NCBI GenBank assembly: GCA_000503915.1
Contig: CP006915.1
Coordinates: 750,001 to 782,000 of the forward strand
DNA from: Candidatus Saccharimonadota bacterium
Lineage (GTDB): Bacteria > Patescibacteriota > Saccharimonadia > Saccharimonadales > Saccharimonadaceae
Length of the DNA stretch: 32,000 bases
Reading direction: 5' to 3'
Of this stretch, positions 25,736 through 32,000 are shown in pieces. The notes beneath the pieces are model-generated. The model saw nothing but the letters and a program-made list of their open reading frames with translations, was not told the origin of the DNA and made no database searches. The stretch's first letter is position 1. Each line of letters begins with the position of its first letter. The position numbers and the translations under genes were made by a program.

Positions 25736-28207
25736 CTATATCCGCTCAGCGCCGAGCTTGTCCTTACCAGCGGCCGCGACAGCAGCAACAACACTACTCA
25801 CCTCTTCTTCCTTTAGTGTGCGGTTATCACTGGTCACTTTGAAACGGAGGGTTACTGTTTTTACATCGCTTCCCTCCGGCTGGTATAGTGCGAGCGGTGA
25901 TATATCAAAACGAAGATTGGATGCTGCTTCATTTGTGGCTTGCCGTGCAAGTTCAAACACTGCAGCGTATGTCGTAGCTACCGGGATACGGAGCGAGATA
26001 TCTTGCGTCACGCTTGGAAAGCGCGAGAGCGGCTGATACGTTGCAGGCTTCTGCTTGACTAGGAACGACTGGAATATTTCAAATCCGGCGGTTGTTTCCG
26101 GTAGCTTGAAGGCTCTCCGTACCGAAGCCTTGTACTCGCCGATAACGCCGACAAAGTGCTCGCCGCTCATCACGACAGCCGCTCTACCTGGTTCAAATGG
26201 TTGAGCTAGTTGATCAAAAATAGGATATTCGATTGAAAAGTCACGCAGCGGTATATACGAGACTTCCGGCGCCAATGTCTCCAGGTAATGTTTTGCCTTA
26301 TAGTAGGCAGTTTCGCTTGATTTTTTCGCCGCATAAACAAAGGCTAGCCGTTCATACTCACGCGGCAAACCTTCGTCGTCCATATCATCTTTGCGATGTG
26401 CTTTTCCAAATTCAAACAACGCAAATTCATCATGACCAGCTTTGATATTCATATGGATCTTATCGAGCAGACTCGGTGTTAGGCTGAGACGATAATATTG
26501 TAGATCGGGGCTCAGCGCGTTACTGAGCCTATAGGCCTGTGCGCTATCTTGTCCGGACTGTTCTAGCACGCGTTCGTGTACAAAGCTATACGTCAATACC
26601 TCATTGGCGCCAGCTCGACTCAGTGACTCGCGTACCTTCGTCTTCATAGTAAGTATTGCGTCTTTTACGGTGGGCGCCATAGTTCGCAGCGGCAGCTCGA
26701 GTGGCAGCTTATCGAAACCATACAGCCGGCCGACTTCTTCAACCACATCTTCCGCAAGCCTAATGTCGGTACGCCAAAATGGTGGCTCAACTGTTATACC
26801 ATTTTCAAGGCCTATTTTGACCTCGACATTCTCAAGTAATTGCCTCATTTCTGAAGCCGACAGCCCAAGTCCAAGCCGTTGGTTGATAAAGTCCACACTA
26901 CCTGCGATTGGTTCATTCACTCTATCGGTGCCGGAATCGAATACATCACTCGCCTGCTCACCGCCGGCCACGTCACGAAGGCTCGTCATTAGTAGATTCA
27001 TTACGTACGAATTTTGTAGCGGCGACTGGCCTTTATTGAAGCGGTTTGAGGCATCAGTAAAGAGGCCGTGATGCATACTACTCTTTCGGATGGTATACAT
27101 ATCGAAGTTTGCAACTTCAAGCACAACGTTTTTGGTTTCGTCGGAAACTTCGCTGTCACCACCGCCCATAATGCCAGCCAGTCCAATCGGACCTTCGGCG
27201 TCGGCGATCACGATGTCGGTGACGTCGAGCGCGTATTGCTTGTGATTCAGCAGGGTGACTTCTTCACCTGGAAGCGCCATTCGCGCAACCAACTTGTGAC
27301 CACGCAGTTTATCGTAGTCGTAGGCGTGTACCGGCTGCGCGGTGAGCAGCATGATGTAGTTTGTCACGTCGACGATATTGTTGATCGGCTTGGCACCGAG
27401 CCTCATCAGCGCACACTGTAGCCAGAGTGGGCTCGGCTTTACTACTACGTCTTTGATGGCGACCGTCATCAGCCGCGGCACGTTGCCATCTGCGTTATTA
27501 CTAACCTCAAATTCCAGCCCTGAAGCTGACGAAAATTCCGGTGCGCCTGCGTACCAGTCAGGGCTAGTAAATGCCTGGTGGTGAATCCCGGCAATTTCCC
27601 GCGCCACACCGAGCTGGCCAAAGAGATCCGGCCGATGAGTAAACATTTTGTTTTCAATGTCGATAACGTGATCATCGAGCCCGTAGAGCTTCGCAAAGCT
27701 AACCCCAGGCTTGACGGCTTCGTCGCTCGGCTTCCACTCGTCTGGATCGATTTCAATAATACCGTCGTGATCACTGTTGATTGCCAGCTCGTCGCCAGCG
27801 GCTAACATACCGTTGCTCATAACGCCGCGAATTTCGCGCTTTTCGAGTACAAACGGTTCCTTTTCGGCAAAACTCGCCGGTACCGTGCTGCTGGGCGGCA
27901 GCCAGACGGCGTACATATCGGTATGGACATTAGGCGCACCGCAGACGACTTGGACGTGACCATTTTCATCGCGCTCGACGTCCTGCACCACACCGCCATC
28001 GTCAACCCTGCAGACATGCAGACGATCTGCATTGGGGTGGTCTTCGCAAGAAACAACCTTTACAATCACTGCTTTTTCATAGCGTTCACCGAGATTAATC
28101 GTTTCCTCAACCTTACCGAGCTGAGAATTAATTTTTTTCACGAGCTCATCGACGGGCGGTAGCTCGAAGTCAATAAATTGTTTGATTTGGTTTAGGCTTA
28201 CTCGCAT
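25736..28207 (-). CDS. pheT: phenylalanine--tRNA ligase beta subunit
   Basis: 823 aa. N-terminal tRNA-binding domain (MRVSLNQIKQFI...CGAPNV), central B3/4-B5 region and a C-terminal FDX-ACB-like tail. Confidence 0.92.
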   Translation of the reverse strand: MRVSLNQIKQFIDFELPPVDELVKKINSQLGKVEETINLGERYEKAVIVKVVSCEDHPNADRLHVCRVDDGGVVQDVERDENGHVQVVCGAPNVHTDMYAVWLPPSSTVPASFAEKEPFVLEKREIRGVMSNGMLAAGDELAINSDHDGIIEIDPDEWKPSDEAVKPGVSFAKLYGLDDHVIDIENKMFTHRPDLFGQLGVAREIAGIHHQAFTSPDWYAGAPEFSSASGLEFEVSNNADGNVPRLMTVAIKDVVVKPSPLWLQCALMRLGAKPINNIVDVTNYIMLLTAQPVHAYDYDKLRGHKLVARMALPGEEVTLLNHKQYALDVTDIVIADAEGPIGLAGIMGGGDSEVSDETKNVVLEVANFDMYTIRKSSMHHGLFTDASNRFNKGQSPLQNSYVMNLLMTSLRDVAGGEQASDVFDSGTDRVNEPIAGSVDFINQRLGLGLSASEMRQLLENVEVKIGLENGITVEPPFWRTDIRLAEDVVEEVGRLYGFDKLPLELPLRTMAPTVKDAILTMKTKVRESLSRAGANEVLTYSFVHERVLEQSGQDSAQAYRLSNALSPDLQYYRLSLTPSLLDKIHMNIKAGHDEFALFEFGKAHRKDDMDDEGLPREYERLAFVYAAKKSSETAYYKAKHYLETLAPEVSYIPLRDFSIEYPIFDQLAQPFEPGRAAVVMSGEHFVGVIGEYKASVRRAFKLPETTAGFEIFQSFLVKQKPATYQPLSRFPSVTQDISLRIPVATTYAAVFELARQATNEAASNLRFDISPLALYQPEGSDVKTVTLRFKVTSDNRTLKEEEVSSVVAAVAAAGKDKLGAERI

Positions 28208-28217
28208 AACTATTCAA

Positions 28218-28223
28218 ATTATA
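28218..28223 (-). promoter_or_regulatory. -10 box TATAAT, 10 nt upstream of pheT ATG (very short leader or leaderless)
   Basis: Minus strand reads ACGGTATAAT-TTGAATAGTT-ATG, with no Shine-Dalgarno sequence. Confidence 0.4.
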
Positions 28224-28233
28224 CCGTATTTCT

Positions 28234-29094
28234 TTACTGACCGTTATAGTTCGTCCAATCCGTCGCGAGATCGAACCCGTACGGATGCCTCAGGGCGAAG
28301 CCGCCCGTATCATAAACTTTACCCGGTCCGAGGCTGGTCTCGACAATAGTGCAGCGAGGATAGGAGCTGAGGTTTGCCGCAACCAGTACGTAGCCGCTTT
28401 GGTCAACCTTGGCGCCGTCGGCTCGGACTTTATAGGCACCGCCCGCCCCACACGTCCCGATCACAATATTCATCGGCAGGTCATAGTAGGTCTCGCGATG
28501 TGCCACGCCCGCACTGTCGACAAATACCTGCGCACCCTTCGATACAGTCAAGGCGTCCGGTCGCGGCGTAAAGGCAACCCGACGCGGCTTCAATTTGACT
28601 CGCTCAACTTCCAAAACGACTGACACTCCGTCAGCTAGCGTATCACCCACCCGAAAGGTCGTCTTGTCTTTTCGTCCGAGCGACTTTAGCTTAGCCGCCT
28701 TCAAGATGGCATTTGGCGACTGTGCTACCGTGAGTACCGTTTGACGGACGCCACCATCAACGACGGCCACCAACCGAGATCGATAAATGATTACGTCCGT
28801 ATACGTGTCTATCAGCTTACTGCCTTGAGAGGGTTCAACGATATCGTGCGAATCCACCGTGATCTCTGCCGCATTGAGCGCATCACCAACCGTCCCGGCA
28901 CGTGTCACAATGACTTTTTTCATACCACGGTCATAAAAAGTTACCAGCCGCTTTGTGCCAGTTTCTTCATTTGGATTTAATAGGACATACACGAGTCCAA
29001 CTACGCATAAGAGGAGAAGTGTCGCAGCTAGTGTCAAAATCCGCCGATGCTGCTTTACTTTCTTGATGAGTTTTTTCTTTGTCTTTTTCTTCAT
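28234..29094 (-). CDS. cell-wall-associated protein, DUF348 repeats plus C-terminal 3D/RlpA-like domain (YabE/RpfB-like)
   Basis: 286 aa: a lysine-rich N-terminus with a TM, then two DUF348-like modules (VTFYDRGMKKVIVTRAGTVGDAL..., VVDGGVRQTVLTVAQSPNAIL...). The C-terminus VAANLSSYPRCTIVETSLGPGKVYDTGGFA...FDLATDW resembles a 3D domain. Confidence 0.6.
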   Translation of the reverse strand: MKKKTKKKLIKKVKQHRRILTLAATLLLLCVVGLVYVLLNPNEETGTKRLVTFYDRGMKKVIVTRAGTVGDALNAAEITVDSHDIVEPSQGSKLIDTYTDVIIYRSRLVAVVDGGVRQTVLTVAQSPNAILKAAKLKSLGRKDKTTFRVGDTLADGVSVVLEVERVKLKPRRVAFTPRPDALTVSKGAQVFVDSAGVAHRETYYDLPMNIVIGTCGAGGAYKVRADGAKVDQSGYVLVAANLSSYPRCTIVETSLGPGKVYDTGGFALRHPYGFDLATDWTNYNGQ

Positions 29095-29109
29095 ACGGAG
29101 CTCTGATTA

Positions 29110-29694
29110 TTAAGATATATAAATTTCATCCAGAATCTCAGAGAATTCGGTTGTGCCGAGGCTTTCAAGAGTAAAATGACCCTTACCGATGAAATTATTC
29201 AGTTTAATCTCTGGAGCTGCGCTCTTAATCATATCGACCGACTTAAGCACCGATGCCTCATCATCGTCTGACACTATGACAGTCATACCACCTAAGCATC
29301 TCTCAGCGATGGCCTTATCGATTGTAAATTTAAAGAAGTCCGCCGTATCACTTGCTGGGTTATCGTCAGGATTTATCCATGGTGCGACTAAGATAGCCTT
29401 AGCAACTTTCAGCTCCGGATGTTCACTCAAGTAACGCACCCAGAAACCGCCACCGCAGCTGTGCCCGACGACGAGAGTTTCCTCATTGATGTCATATCGT
29501 TCTATTTCACGCACCCATTCATCATAGCGTGGGCGGAAACAGTATTGCACTTCAGGAGTCACAGCGAATATGTCCCGAATCATCAACTGCTGAGCCAGCC
29601 AAGGAAACCAATGTTGGTTACTGGCGGATAAAAACTTGTCCGAGTAATATTCGTCTTCATCTGGGCGGCCATGGAGGATGATTGCGTTTTTCAT
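29110..29694 (-). CDS. alpha/beta serine hydrolase, YdeN/RBBP9-like (paralog 1)
   Basis: MKNAIILHG...HWFPWL...VVGHSCGG (GxSxG nucleophile elbow). ATGA overlap with the upstream paralog. Confidence 0.7.
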   Translation of the reverse strand: MKNAIILHGRPDEDEYYSDKFLSASNQHWFPWLAQQLMIRDIFAVTPEVQYCFRPRYDEWVREIERYDINEETLVVGHSCGGGFWVRYLSEHPELKVAKAILVAPWINPDDNPASDTADFFKFTIDKAIAERCLGGMTVIVSDDDEASVLKSVDMIKSAAPEIKLNNFIGKGHFTLESLGTTEFSEILDEIYIS

Positions 29695-30251
29695 GACTCA
29701 GACTCCAAAATAAGATCTCTTACGAGCGGAAACTTAACATACGGTAGATTCTGACCCTCCGACCCAAAATGTCCCTCGTTTCGAACGATTTGCGTGCCGC
29801 CCAGATGGTCAAACATAATGCGCCCCTGCTTATCGTCACAACCCCATGGATCATCTACAGAATTAATAAATACAAAATCGCTTGAATTACTTTTTATTTT
29901 TTCCCAGTCGTAGGCAGTCTGCAATACCGGATCCTTGTCTTCGCCAGGCAGCCGCATCGAGTAGCCAGCTACGAGGATGCTCAGTTTCACTTTCACATCA
30001 ATATTCTCAAGGATACTTAGAATTAATGGCGAACCAGCCGAGTGTCCAACCAATACTGTATCTTGATCAAATTGATGATTTTTTAGCACTTTTGGCAGAA
30101 ACATGCCTATCTCTTTGTGATTTATCGTCGGATAATGCGGTACGCTCACTTTATAGCCACGATTCTCTAGTTCATTCTTTAACCATTCGTACCAGTAAAA
30201 CTTATTGTCCGGTGAGCAGTCCGTTCCATGAAATATGATTGCGTTTTTCAT
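29691..30251 (-). CDS. alpha/beta serine hydrolase, YdeN/RBBP9-like (paralog 2)
   Basis: MKNAIIFHG...WYEWLKNELENRGYKVSVPHYP...LVGHSAGS. The lines I counted were low GC. Confidence 0.7.
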   Translation of the reverse strand: MKNAIIFHGTDCSPDNKFYWYEWLKNELENRGYKVSVPHYPTINHKEIGMFLPKVLKNHQFDQDTVLVGHSAGSPLILSILENIDVKVKLSILVAGYSMRLPGEDKDPVLQTAYDWEKIKSNSSDFVFINSVDDPWGCDDKQGRIMFDHLGGTQIVRNEGHFGSEGQNLPYVKFPLVRDLILESES

Positions 30252-30394
30252 TGAGATGTAACACCTCCATCGACGACAAGGCTATCCCCTATTACACCTT
30301 CAGTAGTCGCAAAACACAAGAAGACTCCATACTTTTCTCTGATCGTAGCCAACGTTTTATCAACGTGCTCTCGAACTATTTTCTCGACGCTCAT
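30248..30394 (-). pseudogene. 3' remnant of a short-chain dehydrogenase/reductase gene (or a 48-aa ORF derived from one)
   Basis: My minus-strand translation gives MSVEKIVREHVDKTLATIREKYGVFLCFATTEGVIGDSLVVDGGVTSQ*. It matches the SDR C-terminal pattern (..V.FL.S....ITG..L.VDGG.T). Its stop overlaps the hydrolase ATG as ATGA. The same frame further upstream is open but not SDR-like. Confidence 0.5.
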
Positions 30395-30481
30395 AGCCCT
30401 CGCCCCATATTGACATCTCGCGTAATTTTTGCTACTATTGTGAGTGAGTAAACACGAAAGACATCCGAAAAGTTCATTGCT

Positions 30482-31006
30482 TTAGGAGGTCTTTCTTTTT
30501 TGTTTAATGAGTCGGCTTTTTATATCTGGACGGTCGAGAAAGTCATAGAATTCTGAACCTAGTTTCTTGTACAAGCTCGAGGCGTATTTTTTGCTCGGAT
30601 GAAGAATTTTTAAAAACTTCTTCTCTTCAATAAGGAAGTCAACCAGCTGCCTGTAGTCACCATCGTTTGATACAAGTACCACTTTGCCGTCGAGCTCCTG
30701 CTTATGCAGTCGCTTCATGATGTGAAATACTATATCTGTATCGACATTGCCCTTCTTATTGCTGAGCATAAACGAGTTGTGTTCTCGAAATATCAGCACA
30801 AATCCCGCCTCTTGAATTTTGGTGTATAAACCCTCGAGGTCATTGATCGTATAGCCGAGGAAAAAATAGGCAGTTTCAATATGATATTTCTCACGGAGGT
30901 AGCGTCGAAACTTTACAAAATCTATGTCCCACGGTTTTTCAGCTTTGGCCGTAGCCATATGCAGATTCTGCCCATCGATGAAGGCTGTGTTTGGCGTCGT
31001 ACTCAT
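30482..31006 (-). CDS. NYN-domain (LabA/DUF88-like, PIN-related) putative ribonuclease
   Basis: 174 aa. AFIDGQNL, KGNVDTDIV and LVSNDGDY acidic motifs are typical of NYN/LabA. It starts 2 nt after the pheS stop. Two 60-nt lines I counted were about 37-40% GC. Confidence 0.7.
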   Translation of the reverse strand: MSTTPNTAFIDGQNLHMATAKAEKPWDIDFVKFRRYLREKYHIETAYFFLGYTINDLEGLYTKIQEAGFVLIFREHNSFMLSNKKGNVDTDIVFHIMKRLHKQELDGKVVLVSNDGDYRQLVDFLIEEKKFLKILHPSKKYASSLYKKLGSEFYDFLDRPDIKSRLIKQKRKTS

Positions 31007-31008
31007 CG

Positions 31009-32000
31009 CTAGAACTGCCTTAGGAAGTCTAATTTTGCCGATTCAAAATGTCGGACGTCTTCGATACCATGTTTCATCATGACGAGGCGGTCGACACCGA
31101 CGCCCCAGGCGAAGCCGGTGTAAACTTCCGGATCAATACCGGCAGCTTTTAGCACATTCGGGTGGATCATACCGCAGCCGAGCAACTCAATCCAGCCTTC
31201 GTAGCTACAAACCTGACAGCCTTTTTGGTCGCAAAATGGGCACGACAGTGAGAACTCAAAACTCGGCTCGGTAAATGGGAAATAGTACGGGTTGATCTGA
31301 ACATCGAGTTCTTTTTCGTAGTAGCTTTCCAAAAACTCTTTCAGTGTCGCTACCAGCATACCGGCATGGACGCCTTTGGCAACATAGACACCCTCGCACT
31401 GATAGAAAGTATGTTCGTGCCTAGCGTCGAGGTCTTCGTTGCGAAACACACGATCGATCGATACGCCAGCGATAGCTTCGCCATTTTCAAGCTTTGGCTT
31501 CAGCTTGGTTAGAATACGATTCTGCATAGTGCTGGTGTGTGCCGGAGCGACCAGCGCCTCACCAGCCTTGTCGGTTTCTTCGGTCATGAATGTGTCATAG
31601 TCGTCGCGCGCCGGGTGACCTTTCGGGAAGTTCAATGTTTCGAACATATGGTACTGATCGTCGATCTCTCGCGATGAAAAATACGAAAAGCCCATGCGGT
31701 AAAAAATGTCGGCAATGTTTTGGATTTCAGCCGATATCGGGTGCACCGTCCCCTGTTCACTCGGTAGAAGCGACGGCAGACCGGCATTCATATCAAACGG
31801 CGCCGTCACATCGAGTGGTGGCAGCGCGCCCTCTTTGTCGTTTTCTGCCGCTACTTTTTCTTTTAGCTCACCAGCCAGCGCATTGATCGCTTGACCAAAT
31901 GCCGCTCGGTCGCCAGCTTCCAGCGAGGGTATCAAGCCAAATAGTTCTCTCAGCTCCGGAGCTTTCAAGATATCACCCTTGGCTTCAAGCGTTTCGTAAC
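31009..32000 (-). CDS. pheS: phenylalanine--tRNA ligase alpha subunit (5' end probably beyond window)
   Basis: Class II motifs FRNEDLDARHEHTFYQCEG and GFAWGVGVDRLVM. The frame stays open upstream of the track's TTG start (31968) to the window edge, and the expected N-terminal helical arm is incomplete. Confidence 0.9.
   Translation of the reverse strand, partial: YETLEAKGDILKAPELRELFGLIPSLEAGDRAAFGQAINALAGELKEKVAAENDKEGALPPLDVTAPFDMNAGLPSLLPSEQGTVHPISAEIQNIADIFYRMGFSYFSSREIDDQYHMFETLNFPKGHPARDDYDTFMTEETDKAGEALVAPAHTSTMQNRILTKLKPKLENGEAIAGVSIDRVFRNEDLDARHEHTFYQCEGVYVAKGVHAGMLVATLKEFLESYYEKELDVQINPYYFPFTEPSFEFSLSCPFCDQKGCQVCSYEGWIELLGCGMIHPNVLKAAGIDPEVYTGFAWGVGVDRLVMMKHGIEDVRHFESAKLDFLRQF

Noticed and set aside
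30239-30451. 70-aa plus-strand ORF in the hydrolase-NYN spacer.
   Set aside because: It is antisense to the SDR C-terminal remnant, which has a recognisable family pattern and a coupled ATGA stop/start. The plus-strand ORF has no support.
1-32000. Alternative genetic code (UGA recoding, as in some candidate-phyla bacteria).
   Set aside because: TGA terminates well-conserved genes at the expected lengths, for example gatB at 3506-3508 and hydrolase paralog 2 at 29691-29693. Conserved proteins translate without in-frame TGA.
1-32000. CRISPR arrays, IS elements, integrases, prophage genes and toxin-antitoxin pairs.
   Set aside because: I saw no spaced direct repeats and no transposase, recombinase or phage-like ORFs. 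The only mobile-DNA hints are the compositional shift and gene remnant at 29.7-31.0 kb, reported separately.

Overview
Gene-dense chromosomal region of about 32 kb. About 90% is coding, nearly all genes are on the minus strand, and the genetic code is standard (TGA and TAG are used as stops). My hand counts put most of the window near 50% GC. Content is mainly housekeeping and central metabolism: dnaE (partial), a cluster of small stress-type membrane proteins, gatC-gatA-X-gatB-NUDIX-galU, uvrB, a LOG-family protein, and a sugar-phosphate supercluster (two PfkB kinases, class II FBA, split transketolase, Rpe-like, RpiB, GAPDH). It also holds a short Rel/SpoT homologue, NUDIX-ppa, a PLD-like protein, trxB, a membrane FKBP, an ABC exporter, and pheS/pheT. 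The split transketolase, truncated Rel and abutting or overlapping genes suggest a small-genome CPR/Patescibacteria organism, Saccharibacteria-like; this is inference, not proof. I found no rRNA, tRNA, CRISPR, transposase or integrase. Points worth a second look: (1) a ~108-nt nested-helix RNA-like element between uvrB and gatC that folds better on the minus strand; (2) TATACT/TATAAT -10 boxes 6-11 nt upstream of nine start codons, implying leaderless mRNAs alongside genes with a canonical AAGGAG ribosome-binding site; (3) a membrane-anchored ORF with a HEPN-like RNRIAH motif wedged between gatA and gatB; (4) pheS and pheT separated by 2.8 kb holding a low-GC NYN-domain gene, an SDR gene remnant, two tandem YdeN-type hydrolases and a YabE-like wall protein; (5) a TrxB lacking the HRRxxxR NADPH motif; (6) a PfkB kinase with an unassigned ~170-aa N-terminal domain. 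No clearly novel multi-gene system is demonstrable from sequence alone.
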